A stretch of DNA of 64,000 nt. Origin: Oikopleura dioica (taxonomy: Eukaryota; Animalia; Chordata). Made by a program: the position numbers and the translations under genes. The first letter of the stretch is position 1. Every line of letters begins with the position of its first letter. Below are positions 1 to 10,979 of the stretch, piece after piece. Under the pieces are notes generated by a model, which worked only from the letters and a program-made list of their open reading frames with translations, did no database searches and had not been told where the DNA came from. Where the stretch lies: NCBI GenBank assembly GCA_907165135.1, contig OU015569.1, forward strand, positions 2,790,001 to 2,854,000. Direction: 5' to 3'.

Positions 1-1081
1 CTTTTCTCGAGCGAATGCGTTACAACTGTCGTTATCTCCAGAAACGGAACCTCCCGGACGGTTCTCTCATCGCCTTCAAAGAGGGAATCTTCAAGAAAGT
101 GCTGGCGAAAGAGATTCACATGTGGCACCCGGATAAATGTCCGACTGGACAGATTGGCCTTCTTGTCTTGCTCCAACATCTCAAAAGTGGGAAGATGATT
201 TTGGTGAGCACCACGCATCTAGTTTTCAACCCGTATAGGTAGATTCACCAAGCCTCACGATTAATCATAACTAGCACCTGAATCTCCTAAAGAAATCTCT
301 AAATTATAAGGAGATGATCTTTTAGTCACCCGTATAATCTTTTCAGCCCCATACCATCTGTTTTATTCCAACTTAGTAAGACTTTCTTAGAGGCGATTGG
401 AAACTGAAGCAAATAATGGAAATTTTGGCGGAAATGCATGAGATCATTCGGCAATACGGTCAGAAACCCGCGGTCGTTCTGTGCGGCGATTTCAACTCCC
501 AGCCTCATAGTTCTTTGGTGCAGTTCTTGCTCAAGAAAAAGTTTGATCTAAGTGGAATTCGCGCTCGTGACATCGCCCAGGTTTTGCATGTGGATTCAAA
601 CATCAATCAACTCGAGTAAATTTCAGCAAGACTTCGACTTTAGTAGTCGCTTTAATTACTACGGACGAAGACATAGCCACGTTGGAAGAGAGGAGGTTGA
701 TGAAGATTTTCTTTCGACGACGGGTCTTCAAAAGAACTCCACGATTGAACAAAAGCCGCAATCTGCTACTCCTGAGAGCGCAGAAACAAACGATGATCAA
801 CCAAGTTCCATCATTTCGCATCAAATTGACTTGAAAAAGTACTCTTGTAACTTTCTCCACAAGTTTTTACTTCATTCCTCAGTGCTTACGAAGGAGCAGA
901 AGACTTCAAAACCGCAGTAACTTCTGATGAAGCTGTACATGTCGACTACATTCTGTACGGAAGCGAAGAGCTAAGAGTTCTCAGCCGCCGCGAGCTTCCA
1001 CCGACTCCGACGCCGATTCCAAACGAAAATGACGGTTCGGATCACCATTCATTATCTGTCGAGTTCCATTTCAAATCATAA
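1..1081 (+). CDS. angel: Angel/CCR4-nocturnin family EEP phosphatase, 3' part (5' end outside window), multi-exon
   Basis: After GT-AG introns (239-390, about 581-626, about 839-882) it reads THLVFNPYR|GDWKL...VVLCGDFNSQPHS...HVDYILY...DGSDHHSL, which are EEP/Angel motifs (THL.FNP.RGD.KL, GDFNS.P, DYI.Y, SDH). Stop TAA 1079-1081. Confidence 0.85.
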
Positions 1082-1162
1082 GTTCAAACGTTTTCTTTTA
1101 TACGAAATTCGAATCTTTTCATAAAAATCTATTTCCCCATTCATTTCAGAAGCAACAGAAAC

Positions 1163-1647
1163 ATGTTCCGACGACTAGCGCAAAGCGTAGTGCGACGTAC
1201 ACAATACCGACTGGCTTCGCATGATTACGAAGCTCTCGTCAATGCGAAAAAGTGCGTTGTTTTCATGAAGGGCACTCCAGATAGGCCACAGGTATGCAAC
1301 ATTTGCATTGCCAATTTCTTCTCTGCAGGAATAAATGCTTTTTAGTGCGGATTCTCCCGCGCGGTGATTCAAATGCTCGAAGCAGAAGGCGTCGATCTCA
1401 ACAAGGAAGTCAGCGCTCACAACATCCTCGAAGAAGAAGGCATGCGAGAGGAAATGAAGGACTTTTCCGACTGGCCGACTTTTCCCCAAGTATTTCAGCA
1501 GCGCTTATCCCAGGAAAATACCCCTCTTTTTAGGTCTATTTAAGTGGCGAGTTCTATGGCGGCTGTGATATTATGTACGAGGATTATAAGAACGAAAAGC
1601 TGCGTGGCATTCTTCTCGAAGCAAAACTAACTCTTCCTGAAATTTAA
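1163..1647 (+). CDS. GLRX5: Monothiol glutaredoxin 5, mitochondrial, 3 exons
   Basis: VVFMKGTPDRPQ|CGFSRAVIQML...DWPTFPQ|VYLSGEFYGGCDI: CGFS active site and WPTFPQ/GGCD motifs, plus an Arg-rich N-terminal presequence. Confidence 0.95.
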
Positions 1648-1736
1648 ACTTTTGCCAACGGACACATTCTACTCTTAGCTCATTCAAATAAAGCGTATAA
1701 TTTCCCAAAGAGAAAGTCTCAAATCTCTGAATTAAG

Positions 1737-3014
1737 ATGTTTCGAATCGCCCGTTCTGCCGCGAGAACTCTCACCACTTCCGCTCGAACTCCCAAGCAAG
1801 GTAACTCCTCATTCTAGGGATTCAATCTTTCCGCCTATTTTGATAGTGTTCGTGCGAGATGCGCTCAACATGGCTATGGACGAGGAAATGGAACGAGATG
1901 AAGGCGTCGTTCTGATCGGCGAGGAAGTCGCCCAGTATGATGGTGCCTATAAGGTTTCTCGAGGTCTCCTTGGCAAGGTAACCCCCGTTTGTTTTCTGCA
2001 ACGATTGATTCTTGATTCTAGTACGGAGAAAACCGAGTCATCGACACTCCAATTACCGAGATGGGTTTCGCCGGTATGGCCGTCGGAGCTGCCTTCGGTG
2101 GCCGAGGAATGAAGCCCATTTGCGAGTTCATGACCTTCAACTTCTCCATGCAGGCCATCGATCAGGTCGTCAACAGTGCTGCCAAGACTCTTTACATGTC
2201 CGCTGGTCGATGCGAATGCCCAATGGTTTTCCGAGGACCTAACGGAGCCGCACTCGGTGTTGCTGCTCAGCATTCTCAGTGCTTTGCCGCTTGGTATTCT
2301 TCTGTCCCTGGTAAGCCAATCTGTTAAAAGTCCCGTTAACTAACAGTTTTGCCCAGGTCTTGTCGTTATGGCACCTTACTCTTCCGAGGATTGCAAGGCT
2401 ATGTTGAAGGCTGCTATTCGAGACCCCAACCCTGTTGTTTTCCTTGAAAACGAAATCCTCTACGGCAGAGCTTTTGAAGTTTCTGATGAAGTTATGGATA
2501 AGAACTATGTTGCTGAAGTTGGAAAGGTTTCGTGTTTGTCTCTTGGCGGAAGATTTAATTAATAGTTCTAGGCTAAAATCGAGAAAGAAGGAAGCGATGT
2601 TTCGATCATTTCTTTCGGCTATGGCGTCGGCATTTCCCTTGAAGCCGCCGAAGTCCTCCAGCAGCAGCACGGAATCAACTGCGAAGTTGTCAACCTTCGA
2701 ACTCTTCGTCCTCTTGATACCGAAGCTATTATCAAGTCGGTCAAGAAGACCAATCACCTTGTCACCGTCGAGACTGGCTGGCCTCAGTGCGGTATTGGTG
2801 CTGAGATCATTACTACTGTATGTTTTCCTGATAATCCATGCGCTTGAACTTTTTGTAGGTAATGGAATCAGATGCTTTCGATTATTTGGATGCTCCATGC
2901 AACAGAGTCACTGGCGCCGATTTGCCCATGCCTTACGCTAAGAATATGGAGGATGAAGCAAACATCAAAGCTTCAGATATTATCACCAGTGTGCTCAAGA
3001 TGAAGAACCTCTAA
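1737..3014 (+). CDS. PDHB: Pyruvate dehydrogenase E1 beta subunit, multi-exon
   Basis: [102 protein letters not shown]. All introns are GT-AG. Confidence 0.97.
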
Positions 3015-3426
3015 TCAACCTTCCAGGAGAAGCACCAATTAACTTATTATGACAAAACATGTATGCCGCCTCCAGTTCACTAAAATCGAGAAATCTGCGG
3101 AATCTTCATCCGGCACAGTTCATTCTTGTCAGATCAATAAAACTTTCCTTTTTCAACGCGTATCAAGCATGCTTTCAGTAAAGAAAACATGCGACTTGAA
3201 TGTGATTTTTTGTCAGGGTCTCTTGTTAAAACTCTTAAAGGGAGGATTTTATATGTTCACAGTTGCATTTAAATATTGTTACATTTTCGTTGACGAGCGA
3301 AGGAAAAACGAAATCGCTTTAAGATGTACCAGAAAACGCAGTAACAGTTGGCGAGAGATTAAAGGGATTAACTCTTCGCAAGAGCAAAAATACAGAAAAG
3401 TTTTCCCTTTCCGTTTTTAAACCGAG

Positions 3427-5359
3427 ATGCCTCCAAAAAAGAGCCAAAAGAAAAAGAAGCCCAAGAAAGACAAGCCAAAACTAGGCAGCTCAACTCCTGC
3501 TGTTGAAGGTCCTCCAGAGGAGAATTTATCCTCGCAACCTGTTTTTTCCGATGAGTTAGAGGAGCTTAATTATTTTCTTTCAAAAGCTGAAAAATATGTC
3601 AGGAAGAGTTATACTTTCTTGTATCATACAAGTTCTATGTGACATATGTTATGTCCGAATTATACAAGTGTTTATCAATAAAAGTTCAAATGAGTGAATT
3701 AATCATACAGATTAAAACTCAAAATGAGGAAAACTAGTGAGCCTAGCGTTGAAATCATGGAGGTGGCTGGCAAGGGCCGTGGTGTAATCGCACTAAAAGA
3801 CATCAAACAAGGAACAGTTATCTTGAAGGATTCCCCTCTCTGCGCCGCTATTTTCGGAGAAGAGACACAGGAACAGCTATATTTACAAATCGCAAGAAAG
3901 CCTTTTCTATTTGTATGATGGTCTATAAATAGAGCCGTTGTGAGCCGATTCCGTTCAATTTCCCTGGCGAAGGGGAGCCAACTATTTTCCTTGTGCACAA
4001 TGCTTTCGCTTTCATATTCACAACTCGAAGCAGAATTTCCGAAATGGCTCTTTCTGTTGTCCGAAATGCCGAGACGAACATGAAGCTGACTTCAACAACA
4101 GGCTGCAATCTCTCAAGGCTAAGCGGTAGGCGTAACTTCTTTTGAATCATTCAACTTGAATTTGCTATCCAAAAATTTCTAGGATTCGGGATGAGCTAAA
4201 CAAAATACGGGAGCAGTGCGACGAACCGGCTAAATTCATTAAAATTATGAAAACATGCAAAGCCATTCTTCGCCTCTTACTACTCAAGGTGAAGTAATTC
4301 AAAGTAACAAGAGATAGAAAGAATAAAAAGTACTTCTCTTTCATAATTTGTTCGAGTGGGCTCATCTTTCGATAAAAGGATCATCATTAAAATTAACATG
4401 AATTCTAGGGCTGTTCAATAAATACCGGAAATTTCCTTTTAGTGATACCTAATGCTCAATCCTTTGATCAAAGCATCGCCGTGGAATAATTTGTGATAGA
4501 CAAACAAAACTCATCTTTTACCCCAAAAAAATCAGGATAGAAAGCCAATCTAGCAAAATTCTTAGCGGAACAACGCGGAGAAATGGCGACGAGTCAGCCA
4601 GTTGGACAGTTCATGCGACAACCGCGAAGTGATTGAGGACTCAAAGCGGTGGATGCCGTTTCTGTACAAAAACTTCAAGACGCTGATTCCCGACCTCCAG
4701 CGAGACGAAATCGAAAACGCATTCTACTTAGCCTATGTTAACACTTGGGGATTCCACATTCCAGGTTCGTTTTCGATCTCCGCATTTTGCGAAATTCCAT
4801 AGTACAGTTCCGTTCTATCTTGACAAGCGAGCTACAGATCAATCATTCATACCCGGGCATTTTAGGGCCTGATCCAAACTCAAAAGGAGTAATCAACGGC
4901 GTCGGCCTTTACTATGTTGGATCGATGTTCAACCATTCCTGCGACCCAAACACCGCCTTCGTAGCCAGGTAACATGACTATTACGCTTCCAGCGATCAAT
5001 TGCAGTGATTAGTTGTTTCGACTCTTCGAAGGAACTCGTCGCCATGCGGGACATTAAGCAGTTCGAGGAAATCACAGTTGCATACATCAACTGCTGCGGG
5101 AAGAGAAAGGAGAGAAGAGCAGAGTTGAAATTCGGCTGGAACTTTGTCTGCAAATGTGAAAGGTAACATATCAGCCTTGAAAATGACTGCAAGGGCGTCT
5201 TTCAGATGCGAGGAAGAAGGTAAAAACGACCAAGAGATCATCAAAAAATACGAAAAGAGCTACGAAGATCAACTGCAACTGGCCACGTTGACAGAGGATA
5301 ACAGCGAGAAGCGAGCCCGTGAACGACGAAGCGCGCTCTTATTCAAATCCACCATTTGA
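3427..5359 (+). CDS. SMYD-like SET-domain lysine methyltransferase, multi-exon; internal exons uncertain
   Basis: VEIMEVAGKGRGVIALKDIKQGTVILKDSP (SET-N), GLYYVGSMFNHSCDPN, EITVAYI...WNFVCKCERC (post-SET). The Lys-rich ORF at 3427 joins in frame through a putative GT-AG intron 3555-3710. Otherwise the gene starts at ATG 3724. Confidence 0.8.
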
Positions 5360-7356
5360 TTTTTGCATAAAAACAAACATCACAATCAGGATTTCACATT
5401 CTTATATAGATATTTGTATGACAAAGAGATAGCCACTTACAGAGAGGGGAACGATACTAAGTTTATATTTATAGCTTCGCGCGTGAATTCTCTTGTTTTG
5501 CGAATAACAACATTTCTCAAGCCACAAATACGTTCAATTTGAAAACGTGTGCGAGTAATCACGTTGCGGGAGTCCCTGTATTTTGGCCTTTGCATGTTTC
5601 AAAAATCCTGAGCGGAGTTTCTGAACGTCAAGGTCGCGGGAGGATGAGTTTCTTGGCGCTTAATATGAAAATAATCTAAATGAGATAGCTAGTATTTTCT
5701 TGTTCCGATGGAACTTGAATTCCGATGCTCTTATTGGGGAATATTCGCGCTAGAACAAGTCGTGCGGTAGACACGAGACAGTCCCCGCGTCTAGGCCGCG
5801 CACAGCTCAAATCTTCAGGAAATCCACTCGCGATCGGCATTACACCGGCGATCACAATACCAAGTTGCAGTAGCATTTCAGCTAAACACAAGAGTGCTCC
5901 TTATTTTCGCCCGCCCGTTTTCCACTGCTTTCACTTTGTCGAGAGCTGTTTTGAAAACACTTTTACACCCATTTATCAAAAATTATATGAACACTTTGAG
6001 AAGTAATGAATCCGTTTTAGAAACAAGAGTTGGAAATGTAATTGAGAGCAATGAATGGTTGCGGATACACGTGAGACATGATTTACAATATAACTACTTC
6101 GTTCTTCCCCTACAAATAATCATAGCTTGTTATATATTTCATTTATAATAAGTCGACTGCCCTAGAAAACTCTCAGATTCAGCATTGCACCGGCACCACC
6201 GCAAAATTTATTTAGAGGAGGAGCTGCTCATCTGCTCGAGTAATAAAAACCGAGGCTGATTATTATTGTTGGTTCAGTGTTGTTTTCATTGTAACGCGTT
6301 TATTTTAACCTTCGAGCATTCTTCTTGTGACTGACTTCTAAACCAACAGTGCATTCTGTGCCAGGACGGCAAGATCTTATCAAAATAAAGCCAGAGTTTA
6401 GTTTTTCTTCTCCGATGAAAATTGTGCTACTTATACCGTTCCCGTTCGGTCACTGTGTGGATACGTTAGAGGATCAGATGGTGCTGATTTTTAATGCTTT
6501 CAAGAATGGCTCAACGAAAGTTGCTTTGAAGTGGCGACACGTGGAAGGCTTAGAGGATGAATTTTTATTTTGACACAGAAGCGTGCATTTTTCAACCACG
6601 TGTTTGAGAAGTTGTAAGAAAGGAATGAAATTGCGAGAGTGCCAAATTAGAATGACCAGCGCGATCTTGTTTGATGGAATTATTTTTATTATAATCTGCG
6701 CGCAGTTTGGGAGTAAACTTGATCCAGTTCAGCAAAAGCGCAAGTTTTGTTTTTCTTTCAGAGTTTGGATTCTAATTAGATCTGCTAATTTGTGCATTTC
6801 ATTTCTTTTGAGCGAGATAAACATTGCCGATTTTTGGGGCGCGGTTGAAATTTTATTCACAGTGTTTTCAGTTTTATGTTAAATTGAGACTTATCTGCTA
6901 GGAGCGTGTGTAACGTTAGTATCTGAGAGCGAGCTCGAGTCTTAGAGCATGCTTTTGCAAAAACAATATTTGGCGATACTTTGAAGCCTTTGCTGATAAT
7001 CATCCCCGTCGTCTTCCGTAATCCGTAATTTTCTTTCTGAGCGGCCCAACGCAGCCTTGTTCAACGAATAAATTCGCTTTTACAAAAGTGACTTTCAGAA
7101 ATTAAAACTCATTTGAATCTCTTTGATTATTTTAAGTACCAGTTTTATTCATGTTAAATCAATACTAAGAACCCAGCTGTTCCACCGGCTCGGAACACAA
7201 ACACAAAAGTACATGTTGTTTATTAATAACTATGTGGCTAGACAAAATTCGAACGGTTCAACAACTCAGCTGCGTTTATGTTTATTAAATTAAGCGGCCC
7301 TTTTCCATGCACTATCATAAGTTATGTTAAATCGGTTTCAGAATTCAGACAACCTG

Positions 7357-7528
7357 CACTGTGTTTGGCAACGACTAAAGAAAACCTGAGTCAGGTTATG
7401 AAGAGCTTAAAAGAAAGATCGGGTAGTGGCTTTTTTAAAAACGAAGCCGCAAACAAATTGACGAATTTTAGTTAAGTTTTAAGCATTGGCTTACAGGAGC
7501 CTGACTCAGGTTTCTTCCGAGCCCAGTG
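7357..7528. mobile_element. Palindromic MITE family M1 copy (CACTG...CAGTG ends, CCTGAGTCAGG/CCTGACTCAGG arms)
   Basis: Left cactgtgtttggcaac...aaaacctgagtcagg, right cctgactcaggtttcttccgagcccagtg. The same structure recurs at many other loci in the window. Confidence 0.75.
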
Positions 7529-8390
7529 CCTTCTCGTTTGGATGATCTAATAACGAGCGCTTTCTGTAGTCTACCGGAAATTACAGATTGCGGAAGAGCT
7601 CTAATAGAAGCACTGCATCAGCCTGTTTGAAAAAAAACATTCTAACAAGGTAAAATGAGTCAAGAGGAATCTCAGCAGTGTGCATTCTATGACCTCCTTT
7701 TCCAAGCTAATGATGTTTTTTTCCTTTATCACATCAGAGGATATTAGAAAATTGATTGATAATAATGTTGCTGTTGAGAGGAACGACACGCAGTTGAACA
7801 GGGAAGAGAAGATTTTATTATTGCCTATTATTGCAGTTTGAATAATTGATTTTTGACGATTTTCGTTTTTAGAATGATTTTTTTGCTTCTATTGATGATT
7901 TTTGATGTTTGGAGATTTCTTGTCATAAAAGGGTTTGTTCTGGCGAATCGGAGAAGCCGCCCGGCCGTCGGTTTTGCTTTTCAATATTCTAATTCGTTCC
8001 GCTCCTTTAGCATATATTAATATATTATGCACATAAGTCCTTTAGTGCTACAGGTGCACAAAGGGATTCTGCACGTTCCACTGAGCAAATTTATCTTTGA
8101 ATATTCCTCTTCGCACGTTTTTCGAATTTACATAGAATTTTGAAATCTAAAGACGGAACAGCTCACTTTTCCAAACTTGCTCACGTCTTGAGGCCACTGT
8201 ATATGCTGTGGCTAACCTCAGCACGGGAGTGGCTGTTATCTGTAAAATCTCGAAACCTCAGAAACATGCATTTGTTTGTATCGTCACTGATGTGGCTATT
8301 CTAGTTTTGCTGTCAAACTTGACAGTGATTCTACTTGTCAGATCAATCCGACAAAGGCACTTTCTTTCAACCATCGTAAACTTGACTCTA

Positions 8391-8527
8391 TTGCTCTGCT
8401 CGGCGACTTGTTATGAAAACCTGAGTCAGGGTCTTCTAAGAGCTATAATAAAAAGCCGCGTGGTGGATTGAAATCTTTATTTCGGACCCTGACTCAGATT
8501 TTCTATACAGATTGCCTAGCGCAGCTC
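8391..8527. mobile_element. MITE family M1 copy
   Basis: gctcggcgac...gaaaacctgagtcagggtcttctaagagct...aaaagccgc...gaccctgactcagattttctatacagattgcctagc, with inverted arms. Confidence 0.7.
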
Positions 8528-10108
8528 TACTGACTCTATCGATTAACAGTAGCTTTGACTTGATTTTTGGGAGCTTTACCTTTTTAGAAACGAATTAAAA
8601 CAGCATCTTAAAGTGCTGAAATCTTCGTCTGGAAGTAAATCTGCTGAAACTTCTTTTTTGTTGTTTTGCCAATTGTTGTCCGGTTTATCTTCTGCCTACT
8701 GCTTCAAATAGACATATAAAGTAAGCAAGAAATTTTTAAAATAAGACAAGAATTATTGACAGAATAAATAGAAAGTTTGAAAGAAAGGAATACCGCTTCT
8801 AACAATTTTAGAAGGAATAGCTTCGTTGAATTATAGTTTTTTTATGATAAATACCTGTTGGTCGTTGTGAAACTGTCAAGGGGTAAGCAAGCGAAAAGCG
8901 AAAGAATTTTGACAGAAAAAAAAGTTTTGAAAATTTCAAAATTATTTGCGTGGCGGAGCGATTTTTACCCTTTGCTTTGAAAATATAAAAATTAATATTT
9001 GCATTAAGAAAATAAATTAAAAAAATGTTTTTATGTTTAAAAATTATACTTACTGTGGTTGATAGAAAAATATAGAAGGTGACAAATCTGATTTTAGATT
9101 TTAAACACAAAAGAAATTCGAAAATCTAAGAGAGCGTCTAAGGGAATTGCTCGATTTTGCATCAAATATTTGGAAACATTTTTTAATGTTCTGTCCGCTG
9201 TTGCCGTCAAAAAAGCAGACTTTTAATTGAATCTAATAAAGCTTTTTCTATCAATGGAGATAGAAGCTTTTATGTTCATTCCTACTTCATTTATCGAAAG
9301 AGGTATTAGAATAAGGGTTCCCCATTTTGACAGGCAAATATTTCTAAAGAGGGTCGTTTTTTTACCAGATTTTCTGAAATTTCCCTTAAAGGTGCAAAAC
9401 TCGTGAAAATGGAGACCGCCCTAAGAAATATTTTCCTATTAATATGGGGACTTATTTTTAATACCCACTTAATTTTAGGGAGCTCGTATTTTATTAAGGG
9501 GGTATATAATTGATTAAGAGCTTTTTTTCAAAAAAAAATGTGCACCTTTTCCTTTGTAAAATAGGATAATAAAAAATTTATCAAAGCTTTGTTTATGAAT
9601 AATATCGACTTAAGAATATTGTAGAAAAAATTATGTCAATTTATTATCCGAATATATATAAAAAATCAAGGGAGATTGGGCGATTTTTGCTTTCTGAACT
9701 GATTTTCCAACTCCGAAAACATAAACGCACGTGGTCTTTCAATACAATTTACAACTAGAAAAGACGATTCTCATGAATGTACAACCTACATGTTAAGTTA
9801 TTCAGAAACTCAGATACTTTGGTAGTGTGATTTTCTTGTTAGTGAAACTCAAATTTATACAAAAGTTAGTGTAAAAAAATAAATATTAGAAAATTCGCCA
9901 CCGGAAGAGCACAAAAAGGAGGCGGCGAAAAGGGTTTTATTTTGACATGAGAAAATAGCGCAAAACTGGGTTGATTCTTTTTGAGCTAAAAATTGTCGTG
10001 TAGGGTCGAACAGAAACACTAAACTAGCTTAAATTTCTTGTATTAGACCTTGAATTGGTTCTCCTTTATTTTGCATATGATTCTTTCTAACAGGGCGTTA
10101 AGAAGATC

Positions 10109-10979
10109 TCATGGACCTGTGCGGTAGGCGCCGTCAAATACGTTTGCGGGACATTTTTGAGGCGTCAAAACCGTCCCGAAACTGAACTCACAACTCACGT
10201 GACTCAAACCGAAACGCACGTTCTTCTTGTCATATTCATGTGAATTCTTATGTCTAGCTTTAATGAATCGTATGTCTACTAAAGAACTGGACAGCGCTCG
10301 CGCCAAAATGAACAGATTCTATTAAAGAGAGTATATTTTCTGTTATATTCGATGATATCTTTATTAAGGAGAACCGGACCTTAATGGGTTTAGTTTTCTT
10401 GTTGGCGCTTCTAGCTGTTTTCTCTCCCTCCCTGCCCGGGTGCATCTGCGCGATCATGCCCATAACATCTTCGAGCAAATCTGGCCCAAGGTCGATGGTG
10501 AAATCGCAAAAGATCTCGACCTTGTCTGTCTCCGGGCTGCTGTCCGACTTGTCCGACAATGAGCTCAGATCGTCCTCGGTGGCGGAGGAGAACTGAGAGC
10601 TGATCTTGTCAAAGGTGCCCGCGTCGGAGCCGTGGCCAGAGTCGGAGATCAAGCCCGAACCGGCGTGCGCGAGCGAGTTGCAGGCGTCGCGCGCAACGCT
10701 GGGAATGCTCTCCGTCTTGCGCAGCACAGGCGAGTCGTACTCCTGGTCGCACTCAAGCCCGTTGGACTTTCGGCAGCGCCCGCCCGGCTCTAGAAACGAT
10801 AAATCGCCAAAATTGTGCCCAGACGCGCCCACGTGCGCCGTGTGTCTCAATGCCAAGGGGCGCGAGATCAAATCCCCGGACAGGGGGTAATTTTTGCAAC
10901 TTTTCAAAAACGTCTTCGCCAGAATCGAGGGCTTTCGGGCGACGCCGACGCTTGTGCGAGACCGCTTCAAATCGTTCAT
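10109..10979 (-). CDS. CDC42EP: Cdc42 effector protein (BORG/CDC42EP family), probably 2 exons
   Basis: CRIB motif ISRPLALRHTAHVG...FGDLSFL and BORG BD3-like DFTIDLGPDLLEDVMGMI. A probable intron (gtccgg...taatag) leads to a terminal exon ending GAYRTGP* at 10109. The paralog cannot be assigned. Confidence 0.8.

Noticed and set aside
2239-2898. Long antisense or alternative-frame ORFs over real genes (also 38619-39212, 54418-55050, 57273-57944 and others)
   Set aside because: They are shadows of codon-biased coding sequence on the opposite strand, with no recognisable motifs.
10560-10870. GC-rich island as foreign DNA
   Set aside because: It lies within the CDC42EP-like coding exon. Similar GC3-rich coding occurs in the 14-3-3 and ECH1 exons.
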